A DNA stretch of 64,000 nt from an uncultured bacterium (GTDB lineage: Bacteria > Patescibacteriota > Minisyncoccia > Phycocordibacterales > UBA2100): NCBI GenBank assembly GCA_903824595.1, contig CAIJXH010000007.1, positions 5,184-69,183 on the forward strand, read 5' to 3'. Shown in pieces: positions 39,009 to 47,684 of this stretch. A program made the position numbers and the translations under genes. A model generated the notes under the pieces. It made no database searches. It was given only the letters and a program-made list of their open reading frames with translations, and was not told the origin of the DNA. The number at the start of each line of letters is the position of its first letter. The stretch's first letter is position 1.

Positions 39009-39075
39009 GTCACGATCAACGCCGACGAGCAGCAGCTCGTCGGCGTCTTCATGTGCGGTATGGTATGATTGGCGT

Positions 39076-39687
39076 ATGGACGTTCATGCGATGTTTGGCG
39101 CTGTTGCGGGAGTTCTCGTGTTTGTCGAATTTGGTCTGTACATTCTTGCAATATATGGACGCGACTATCGTCTATGCGCGCTTCGTGTACCCACAACCCC
39201 CAATCGAGCGACGTGGTTTATTTGGGCGCTGCTTGGTATTATCACTGCGGCAAGTTATTGGGCGATCGGTGCTACCGATACGGTGTGGTATGCGTGTGCG
39301 TACGCCATTGGTTTTATTTCCGTGGCGATCATGTCGATATGGTACGGAGAAGGGGGCGTGGACACGCTCGACATATTTTGTCTCTTGGGTGCAATGGTGA
39401 GCGCGTTGTTTTGGTGGAAGTTCAATTCGCCGACGGTTGCCCTTGTCATGACCATGACGATCGACGCATGTGGTATGGTCCCAACGCTTCGGAAAATATG
39501 GACAAAACCAGAAAGCGAGAACGCACTCGCGTGGAGTGTGTCTGCTGTCGCTAGCGCATCCAATATCTTGGCAATTTCATGGGTGAGCGCATCGCTGCCG
39601 ATCGTGGCGTACCCCGTGTACATGGCTGTTGCCAACATGAGCGCGGCGCTGCTTCTGCGTGTGCCGCGACCGCAGCGTTCTTCATGA
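39076..39687 (+). CDS. Multi-TM protein with PQ-loop-like duplication
   Basis: T.PNRATWFIW and PTLRK.W..PESE...W. Confidence 0.7.
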   Translation: MDVHAMFGAVAGVLVFVEFGLYILAIYGRDYRLCALRVPTTPNRATWFIWALLGIITAASYWAIGATDTVWYACAYAIGFISVAIMSIWYGEGGVDTLDIFCLLGAMVSALFWWKFNSPTVALVMTMTIDACGMVPTLRKIWTKPESENALAWSVSAVASASNILAISWVSASLPIVAYPVYMAVANMSAALLLRVPRPQRSS

Positions 39688-39713
39688 TCGAAATATAGTG
39701 TATACTTTTTGGT

Positions 39714-39860
39714 ATGGACAAGAATTCAAAATTGCTCATGATCGTATTTTTCTCGCTTTTGATCGCTTCGGCACTTTTGATATTTTATCGCACCATGATA
39801 CTTCGCGATTACGACGTCATAACCTCGAGCACACACGAGTATCCGCCCGTCTCCCCATAA
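39714..39860 (+). CDS. 48-aa single-TM microprotein
   Basis: MDKNSKLLMIVFFSLLIASALLIFYRTMILRDYDVITSS...; TATACT just upstream; resembles the C-terminus of 46322-47167. Confidence 0.6.
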   Translation: MDKNSKLLMIVFFSLLIASALLIFYRTMILRDYDVITSSTHEYPPVSP

Positions 39861-39870
39861 CAGGTCGTGT

Positions 39871-40902
39871 ATGACACTTTCATCGCAAACGCAAGAGACT
39901 GGCGCAGGCACAAAAGAAGGCGTGTCGTTTTCTGCGCACGATTACGCACACATGTACTATCCGCCTATCCGTAACGCGAAAGCATTTCTGCCGCTGGCGC
40001 GCTTTGTTCGGAAACAGTATGAGCAATCTCCGATACTCGATCTGCGTGCCGTCATGCAAGAGATGCCCGGCGTGGAATACATAGCGGCGGAAAATATAGT
40101 GATTCTTGATTTTCAGAGATTTGTGGTACGCGAGCTGCTTCCTTCTTTTGAAGATGGGGAAGCCGTTATTCTCGATATCGGAGGAGGTCCGACCATCTAC
40201 CAACATATTGCACTGTCACTCATCGCCAAACGAATCGTCCATTCTGAATATTCGGAAGAAAATCGTAATGAGGTATGGCAGTGGATCAATAAAGAAGAAA
40301 AATCATTTAGATGGGAAGGGTATTTTGATCTCGTGCGATACATGCTCCAAGAAGACGAGGTCGTCGTCAAAGAGGTGTTGCGACAAAAACAGATGTATCC
40401 ACTCTATGCGCGCGGTACCATATTGAGTTACCTCTTGACCACTGAAATACAGATCAGCGTATTGCAGCAGTACGTGCGCGACCTTATTACCGACGTGGCA
40501 CATGGCGACGTGTTCAAAAAAGATCTCGATCTGCCTGTTGAAGTGCCCGCAAAGTTTGATGTGGTGACGTGTAATTTCGTCATAGAAAGCGCAACAGGGG
40601 ATTGTGCTCAATGGGAGATTGGTATGAAAAATAGTATTGCCCACATACAGCAAGGCGGATATTTTGTACTTACGTCGATAAAAGATTGCGATTGGTACTC
40701 GGTGGGAGACAAGAAAGTTCCCGCGTGCAATGTCGACGAACACGACATCAAGGAAATATGTGAGCGCAATGGTATTCGCGTTATTGCGCAGCGCGTGTTG
40801 AATGGATGCGATAAAGCGACGTTTGGGTATGAGGGTATGGTGTTTACTCTTGGGCAGTTTGGTAAACCCGAGCCGAAGCCCGATTATAAATTCAAATGGT
40901 AA
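39871..40902 (+). CDS. NNMT/PNMT/TEMT-family SAM methyltransferase
   Basis: LDIGGGPTIYQ...EYSEENR.EV..W......F.W..Y; C-terminal WY.VG.K.... Confidence 0.8.
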   Translation: MTLSSQTQETGAGTKEGVSFSAHDYAHMYYPPIRNAKAFLPLARFVRKQYEQSPILDLRAVMQEMPGVEYIAAENIVILDFQRFVVRELLPSFEDGEAVILDIGGGPTIYQHIALSLIAKRIVHSEYSEENRNEVWQWINKEEKSFRWEGYFDLVRYMLQEDEVVVKEVLRQKQMYPLYARGTILSYLLTTEIQISVLQQYVRDLITDVAHGDVFKKDLDLPVEVPAKFDVVTCNFVIESATGDCAQWEIGMKNSIAHIQQGGYFVLTSIKDCDWYSVGDKKVPACNVDEHDIKEICERNGIRVIAQRVLNGCDKATFGYEGMVFTLGQFGKPEPKPDYKFKW

Positions 40903-40936
40903 GTGACGTGTATCTGGTGTAGATTTCTTTAGATAT

Positions 40937-41869
40937 ATGGAGCACTTTGGTATGCATGTAGTACGACGAGACGACCCGCGCTACATGGAAGCAGTGGTCA
41001 AAAAGAAGTCACAAGAAGATCCGCGAGAGATTGTGATCCGCGAAAAAACTGCCGCGCAGATGCTCAAGGAGGAGTGGGCGCGCGATGCGTTTGCGAGAAT
41101 TAGAGACATTCAGATCGAGTACCTAAAAGACGCCGTGGCACACGCGGATGACCAGGAACACGTGCACGCGCGCACACAAAACACGGTTCGTGAATTGTCG
41201 TCATTGCTACGCTCGAGTATCGTGAGCGGTTCTGAATTTCTCAAAGAAATACCGCGAGGCTCTCCTGTTCTTGTTGCCACCAATCATCTCGGCGCATACA
41301 AGCTCGTCGGAATAAAACCAAAAGAAGACATTGGTGTCGATATTCCCGGCTATGACGCCATGTACCCGTATCTCATGTATTTTTCGGCACTCGCACCTGT
41401 GGCTGATGCGCTTGGCGATACGATATACTACGTATCTGAAGATTTTCCCGGTGTATTCGGTGATGTTCACTCGGCGGCAGGTTTTGTACATGTTCCGCCT
41501 GCGTCTATTCCCATCGAAGGCGGTCGTACGGCGGTGCTCACTGAACAAACAAGAGCGACCATAATCAGGCACAAAAATGCCGCGATTGTGAATTTTCCAG
41601 AAGGTGGTACGAGTGGAAAATATACCGATCTTGATATTTATGATCTCGATCCATTCAAAACGGGCGGCTATGTAGTTGCTTCCGAACTCGGTATTCGTAT
41701 TGTACCTGTCGCGCAATACTTCGACAAAGATAAAGGAATGCAATTGTGTGTGTTCGATCCGGTTGTCCCTCCACAAGGAGCTTCAAAAGACGTGTACGAG
41801 CATCTTGCAAAAAACGATCAGGAGAAAATGCAGGCGTGGCTCGATGTGTGTCGCAATCGGATGAAATAA
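40937..41869 (+). CDS. PlsC/GPAT-like acyltransferase
   Basis: PVLVATNH, FPEGG.S, PFKTG, IVPVA. Confidence 0.65.
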   Translation: MEHFGMHVVRRDDPRYMEAVVKKKSQEDPREIVIREKTAAQMLKEEWARDAFARIRDIQIEYLKDAVAHADDQEHVHARTQNTVRELSSLLRSSIVSGSEFLKEIPRGSPVLVATNHLGAYKLVGIKPKEDIGVDIPGYDAMYPYLMYFSALAPVADALGDTIYYVSEDFPGVFGDVHSAAGFVHVPPASIPIEGGRTAVLTEQTRATIIRHKNAAIVNFPEGGTSGKYTDLDIYDLDPFKTGGYVVASELGIRIVPVAQYFDKDKGMQLCVFDPVVPPQGASKDVYEHLAKNDQEKMQAWLDVCRNRMK

Positions 41870-41950
41870 AATCAATCATGCCTGTTCCTGTGGTCAAGGC
41901 GACGTGTGTCTGGTACTATTTTTACATATCATAATCCTCTAATCTTACCT

Positions 41951-44900
41951 ATGCCCACGCCCCCACGCACTTTTCCAGTAACACAAACATACACCACCTC
42001 AACATGCGCGCTTGTAGCACTTTCCGTACTTTTTGGTGCATGGTATGCACACGCAGATACGATATCAGTGAATACCGACGACCGTGTTGCCACATCATCT
42101 GTACCAGCACTCGTGTCAGATGCAACCTCCACACCCGACACGGTCGCCACGTCCACCGATCCATCATCCGACGACGCGAGCACTACCGACGACGTATCTT
42201 CCGATGAAGAAGATGTAGCACTCGACCTCGGCGACGATCATACCGAGCTCGATGCCGCCAAAGACATGACCGGCGTCGTGCGCCAGAGCAAGCCATACAC
42301 CTGCGGACCAGCCTCGCTTGCCACCTTGCGCACACAAATGGGAGAGACCACGAGCGAGGAAGACGTGTTGCGCTACTTCACGGGCGACAACCTCACCGAA
42401 GACCGCGGCACCAACCTCCTTGCGCTCAAAAACGCCGCGCAGGAGCTCGGCAGCACCGTCTACCTCAAGAAACTCTCCGCCGAGCAGGTGCTCACGTACA
42501 TCCAAGACACCGGTGATCCCGTGCTCATTCACGACGAAAAGCCGGGAGTCGGCGGACACTTTTCCGTCATACGCTCATACGATGCCGACAGCGCGATGGT
42601 GGAACTTTCCGACACGGAAGCGGGCAACATCAAGTACTCGGTGGAGAGTTTCAAACACATCTACACAGGCGACACGCTCATCATTTCCGACGACACGAGC
42701 AACGATCTCCTCAACGCCACCTCCACCGATCTTTCCAACGACTATGCTGCGGAGGTGTGGGGCAAGTATGTGCCGGTGGCTGTGGCTGCCAACGGAAAGA
42801 GCGCGGCTGCCACGGCGGCGGTTACCGCATTCAACATCTGCATCACCAACGCGATGAAGACCGTCAACTACACCCAGCGCAACAATGCTCGTGCCGTCTG
42901 CTATACCACGCTCGGTACCGACCTGAAAGGCACGTCGTCCACCGATCCGCTCTCCAATTTCCAGGAGCTCCAGGTCGCCGCAACCGTCGAGGGGACGATG
43001 CTTCTCGGCAACCTCGACAAAACCAATGAAACCGCCATCGGCACGTCCGACCTTCTCGCCGCACTCCGCTCCGTCCTCGCCGCCCAACAGACATACATCT
43101 CCGTATTCCCCACACTCACCAGCTACCTCTCGCAAGCCAGTGCAACACTCGCCACGCTTGCAAGCACGATCACGACACTCCAAAACCAAATCACTCCGCT
43201 TCAGTCCAAGCTCTCACAAGCACAGACCGACAAGGGAATACTCGATATCGCTATCACACAAAAACAATCCGCCATCACTCCGCTGCAGAACGAAGTCAAC
43301 GGCGGTACCTTCGTCCAAAACGGCACCACCTTCTCGCTCGGCGCAGTCGGCAGTCAGCTCTCCGCACAGTCCACAACCCTGAAAACACTCTCGGCAAATC
43401 TCGCCAGCAAACTCTCTTCGCTCGACGGTCAAATAGCCAACAAGCGAAGCTCGATCAATTCATACACCAGTAGCCGTACCTATTGGCAAAATCAAATCAA
43501 CATATACCAATCCGATGTAAACAACTGGCAATCTCAATACAACAACGCCGTCGCCTCCGTGAGCTACTTCTGGAATCAGTACCAGGCAGACATCAGAGCG
43601 CGCCGCAGTACCTCATACGACTACACCAACTACGCCGCATGGCTCACCAAGCAAAACACCTACTCCTCCTACCTCAACACCGCCCGCTCCAACCTCTCCT
43701 CGGCACAAAACAATTACAGCTACTACAATTCTCAAATCAACCAGCTCACGAGCGACATCGCTTCGCTCCAGGCACAGAAAGATTCTGCCAATAGCGCCGT
43801 CTCCGCCGCTTCCGCCGAAGCCGCTCGCCTCCAACGACTCAAGGACTTTGGCGATCAGGAAATGAATCGCAAGAAAGGTCTGCTCGCAACACTCCAGAGC
43901 GAGCTCGCCAATCTCCAAAATCAGCTTTCTGCCAAAGTCGCTTCCATCACCAGCTACACCGCCCAGCTCACGCCACTCAAAGCAAAGCTCGCCACACTCC
44001 AATCCGCCCAATCCCTCGCCACCCAGATCACCGCGCAGACACAGATCATTGATGGTGTGAAGGCGAAGTATGGCTTCACAACATTGACGTACACAAATCA
44101 AGACGAAACAAATCGTCTCATCACCGAGGAGCTGACGAATGAGAAGGGGTGGGATCGTTCAGTGGAAGTCGGCGCTACCGCCAGTATCCAACAAGCAGCG
44201 GTGACCACTGCTCCAACAGGCGTGTGGCTCGTGGGTGCGATATCGGGCGTCGTGCAAGGATTGTATTCTGTCGCCGAAGGATTCGAGACACTCGTATTCT
44301 CTCCACTCACTACTGCTCAAAACATCGGAAGTGCCGTATCTAACTACGACAAAACCGCAACTGCCATCTACGATGGTCTCAAAGGTCGCGCCGTTGCCAT
44401 TGTATATGTCGACAACACCAACTTCTTCAGTATCTACAATGCGGGCGTAGCTGTTGGATCGACTGCGTTTGATGTATGTACGGTCGCTTGTACACTCGGT
44501 GGAGGCATTGCGGTCAAGGGTGTACAAGTATCGAAAACCGCGATAAATGTCTCCGGCACAGCTGATCGTACGGCGGAGATCACCAAAGTCGCGCAAACAC
44601 TCCGCGCCACACTGGCAGCAAAGATCACTACCATGGTTGCTGATCTGAAATCAGCATCGTCAATTTCCGCTCTGCTCACCAAGGTAGACGCTTACAATAT
44701 CCCCAATGTCGGCGTGGGCTCAACGAAAGTACTTCTCGGGAGTGCGAGTGATGCGAGGGTGGTGTTTGATGCAATGACGAAAGGGTGGAAAATTGAGAAA
44801 GATGTGGTCGCATCGGATGGATCTGCTATTTATGTGCGAACATCCACAGACGGCAAATACTCCCTTGATTACCGAACGAAGTCCACATCTTCAATCTCAG

Positions 44901-45001
44901 ATCCGACCTTAACGCATCAGGCGACGATTGATGTGGTGCCAAGAGATGCTGCTGGCAAACCAATCAGTGGCGCACAGGTTGAGATTAAATTTGCACAATA
45001 A
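41951..45001 (+). CDS. Secreted polymorphic-toxin-like protein: C39 peptidase + long coiled coil + pre-toxin region + C-terminal toxin
   Basis: RQS..YTCGPASLAT, GHFSV, LSD; heptad stalk; Gly/Ala hydrophobic segment; small C-terminal domain ending EIKF. Confidence 0.65.
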   Translation: MPTPPRTFPVTQTYTTSTCALVALSVLFGAWYAHADTISVNTDDRVATSSVPALVSDATSTPDTVATSTDPSSDDASTTDDVSSDEEDVALDLGDDHTELDAAKDMTGVVRQSKPYTCGPASLATLRTQMGETTSEEDVLRYFTGDNLTEDRGTNLLALKNAAQELGSTVYLKKLSAEQVLTYIQDTGDPVLIHDEKPGVGGHFSVIRSYDADSAMVELSDTEAGNIKYSVESFKHIYTGDTLIISDDTSNDLLNATSTDLSNDYAAEVWGKYVPVAVAANGKSAAATAAVTAFNICITNAMKTVNYTQRNNARAVCYTTLGTDLKGTSSTDPLSNFQELQVAATVEGTMLLGNLDKTNETAIGTSDLLAALRSVLAAQQTYISVFPTLTSYLSQASATLATLASTITTLQNQITPLQSKLSQAQTDKGILDIAITQKQSAITPLQNEVNGGTFVQNGTTFSLGAVGSQLSAQSTTLKTLSANLASKLSSLDGQIANKRSSINSYTSSRTYWQNQINIYQSDVNNWQSQYNNAVASVSYFWNQYQADIRARRSTSYDYTNYAAWLTKQNTYSSYLNTARSNLSSAQNNYSYYNSQINQLTSDIASLQAQKDSANSAVSAASAEAARLQRLKDFGDQEMNRKKGLLATLQSELANLQNQLSAKVASITSYTAQLTPLKAKLATLQSAQSLATQITAQTQIIDGVKAKYGFTTLTYTNQDETNRLITEELTNEKGWDRSVEVGATASIQQAAVTTAPTGVWLVGAISGVVQGLYSVAEGFETLVFSPLTTAQNIGSAVSNYDKTATAIYDGLKGRAVAIVYVDNTNFFSIYNAGVAVGSTAFDVCTVACTLGGGIAVKGVQVSKTAINVSGTADRTAEITKVAQTLRATLAAKITTMVADLKSASSISALLTKVDAYNIPNVGVGSTKVLLGSASDARVVFDAMTKGWKIEKDVVASDGSAIYVRTSTDGKYSLDYRTKSTSSISDPTLTHQATIDVVPRDAAGKPISGAQVEIKFAQ

Positions 45002-45008
45002 ATTAAGT

Positions 45009-45461
45009 ATGAAACCATCGTATTCCATTGAAAATGAAGTGCTTGAGGAGGTACTCACATACATTAAGAATAATCCGGACCACTCCTCGTTGGCGTATGT
45101 CATTGGCATTCTTGGCTATACTTCTGAACAAAAAAAGAAATACGGACTGCGGGAATATCCGCAGCCAGAATACACAACCACAGAATTAGAAGAGATTAGA
45201 AGCTTGGCATCAGTCGAGGTTAAAGAGCGGACTCTCTCCTACCTCAAAAAGCTTTTGAAGGATGGGCAGATAAAAGTAAGACTGATACATATTGACACAA
45301 AAGAAATGACTGACTTCAATACGTCCGATGATGCGGAAAGAATGGTCGGGACGCTTCGCAAGATGTGGAGTGAATGCCCACAGGAAGATCTCACAAGTTT
45401 TGAACTATCTCAATACATCACGCTCTTCGGAAACCCATGGCCCATTTATAAAAACCATTAA
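45009..45461 (+). CDS. Putative immunity protein
   Basis: Small cytoplasmic AT-rich ORF 7 nt after the toxin-like gene. Confidence 0.5.
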   Translation: MKPSYSIENEVLEEVLTYIKNNPDHSSLAYVIGILGYTSEQKKKYGLREYPQPEYTTTELEEIRSLASVEVKERTLSYLKKLLKDGQIKVRLIHIDTKEMTDFNTSDDAERMVGTLRKMWSECPQEDLTSFELSQYITLFGNPWPIYKNH

Positions 45462-45475
45462 GATAAATAAAAACT

Positions 45476-46213
45476 ATGAAAATAAAATATACGACATTGG
45501 CGATAATCGGATTTATGGTCGTTTGTGCATTTTGTTTTGCAGCATACATGAATATAGTATTTCGCGCTTCTCATGTGCAAGATCGAGATGCAGAACCAAT
45601 TCTTGACGCGACTTTTCCGCCCACTGCTGGTCGTGTACCCACGCATCAATCAGATGATATATCGCTATTAGAATACTTGCGTCGAGAAATCTACGAGGCG
45701 TCGCCTCCGAAATATACTCACATCAAGCTGGATCCTAGTGTTGAAAGCGCGACATGGTACTCACTCTCATATATTCCATACAACATCTCCATTGACCTGC
45801 CTTTCCCGGAACTTGATATAGCGACTGGTTATCCCAGAGACGGTCATACAATGAAGCTACCTGACGCAAATAGTATTGAGGTTTTCACTCTCGATTTCAA
45901 GCAAGCTTTTATCGACAGTGATAACATGAAAAATATCGTGACACATCTATGTGATCGGATATTAAAACAAGCAACAAGTGATCCTGTGTCACCCCTTGTG
46001 ATCACTTCATCAAAATCCGGCGTGAATAGAAACGGTATTGGATATGTGATCATTGATGCAAAAGGCTCACCTGCTTCTTCGCTCAGTGCTGTAACTTTAG
46101 TCACACTGCTTGCTCCAGAAGCGGTGGTAACGATGACCGTGGCCAATATTCCCAATCAATCAAGCGTTGTTGAATCGATCGTGTCATCGGCACATAGCCC
46201 AACGAAACCGTAA
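45476..46213 (+). CDS. Membrane-anchored extracellular hypothetical protein
   Basis: N-terminal TM helix; co-oriented with the two preceding genes. Confidence 0.6.
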   Translation: MKIKYTTLAIIGFMVVCAFCFAAYMNIVFRASHVQDRDAEPILDATFPPTAGRVPTHQSDDISLLEYLRREIYEASPPKYTHIKLDPSVESATWYSLSYIPYNISIDLPFPELDIATGYPRDGHTMKLPDANSIEVFTLDFKQAFIDSDNMKNIVTHLCDRILKQATSDPVSPLVITSSKSGVNRNGIGYVIIDAKGSPASSLSAVTLVTLLAPEAVVTMTVANIPNQSSVVESIVSSAHSPTKP

Positions 46214-46321
46214 GGTATCCGAGACAGCTGTCCACGCAGTCTCCTTACGTTCCTGTTTCCTCATGCACACTTTTCGACAGAGTGATATTCACAGGCTCCG
46301 TCGAGGTGGTAGAATTTCAGC

Positions 46322-47167
46322 ATGAGTCCAGCTCTGTGTAATTTTGGAGAGTCTCAATATCTATTGTTCGGACCAAACGTGGCACCTCTTGTGTATTATT
46401 CGCATATCCCCATAATGTTGGCGTCTTTGATGTTGGCGCTGCTTATTATCAGGCAGAACATGAATGGTCTGGCAAACCGTGTACTATTTTTCACCGTCAT
46501 AGTTTTTGCCACGTGGTTGTTTCTCGATTCTGTGTATTGGGCAAGCAACAGAAGTGACGTTGCTATGTTTATGTGGTCGGTTACTATCTTGATCGAACCA
46601 CTCGTGTACATAGGAAGCCTATATTTTCTCTATGTCCTCATTGATAAACAGGATGTGGCATTTCGTATCAAGCTGAAATGGTTCTTACTATGGGTACCAT
46701 TAGCCGTGATTGCTCCTACTCAATATCTTTTGTCAGGCGTTGAGGTGTCGTCTTGTTTAGTAAAAGAAAATTCGCTGTCATTTTATTCATATTTTATTGA
46801 GGTAGTGTGCATCATGTGGATAACAGCTCTCGCGTGCCAACGCTATCGTGCATCGACAATAAAAGAACAGAAGGACAAAATAATATTTTTGACCACGGGG
46901 GTGCTCTTGTTATGCTTGGCGTTCACGTGGGGTAATTTGTTCGGCAGTTTTACTGAAAATTGGCAGATCGCTCAATATGGATTATTCGGAATGCCTATTT
47001 TTATCGCATTTCTACTGTACGCAATAGAAAAATATAAAATATTCAATATCCACCTCATTGGATCCTTGCTGTTCCTTATCGTTATGGCATTTTCTATTAC
47101 GGCAACGTACTATCGCGCCATGGTATTGCACGATTACGATATCGTCGACTCAAGATCGCAGCAGTAG
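46322..47167 (+). CDS. Stand-alone HisKA_7TM-like sensor lacking a kinase domain
   Basis: Paralogous to the N-terminus of 47685-49328 (FGPNV..LVYY.H.P; GSFTE.W....YGLFGMP.FIAFL.Y.I.KY..FNI). Confidence 0.75.
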   Translation: MSPALCNFGESQYLLFGPNVAPLVYYSHIPIMLASLMLALLIIRQNMNGLANRVLFFTVIVFATWLFLDSVYWASNRSDVAMFMWSVTILIEPLVYIGSLYFLYVLIDKQDVAFRIKLKWFLLWVPLAVIAPTQYLLSGVEVSSCLVKENSLSFYSYFIEVVCIMWITALACQRYRASTIKEQKDKIIFLTTGVLLLCLAFTWGNLFGSFTENWQIAQYGLFGMPIFIAFLLYAIEKYKIFNIHLIGSLLFLIVMAFSITATYYRAMVLHDYDIVDSRSQQ

Positions 47168-47188
47168 ACTCATTGAGTCTCGCGTCTC

Positions 47189-47587
47189 CTATTCCTTGAT
47201 GTCCTCAAGCGACAGCCCGTTACGTTCGAAATACTTATTATCAAACTGGCGATAATCGCAGAGAAGCTCTTCTCCCGGGAGAATATCGCGCGCCGCGATG
47301 TCTCTCGTTGGCGTTGACTCGATATTCAATCGTTTTTGAGAATGATTGATGTATCGCTGACCATCGGCGCACAGGACGTATTTTTGCAATTGCTTGTCAA
47401 AATAGCAATAGTAGTACATATATGCCCGAGCCACAGGCGGCAGACATTCTATCTTTTCAGAAGGAAACGACACATCGTACTCAGGATCGTATTCCCACGT
47501 AATGGTGCCTTTTGGAATCATCTGATCCGCAAAAAGACCAAATCCGTGAACATCACTATCGCGCACTACCGTTTTTACTTTTATCAT
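47189..47587 (-). CDS. SET-domain methyltransferase
   Basis: HGFGLFA...I.KG, RYINHS, ARDI.PGEEL.CDY. Confidence 0.9.
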   Translation of the reverse strand: MIKVKTVVRDSDVHGFGLFADQMIPKGTITWEYDPEYDVSFPSEKIECLPPVARAYMYYYCYFDKQLQKYVLCADGQRYINHSQKRLNIESTPTRDIAARDILPGEELLCDYRQFDNKYFERNGLSLEDIKE

Positions 47588-47684
47588 CCGCTGATGATAC
47601 CATAGGAAATACGTTTGTACATTGCGTTGTATGTATAGTGTGTATAACGTGGTACATGCATTGTTCGGATGTTACAATCCGAAA

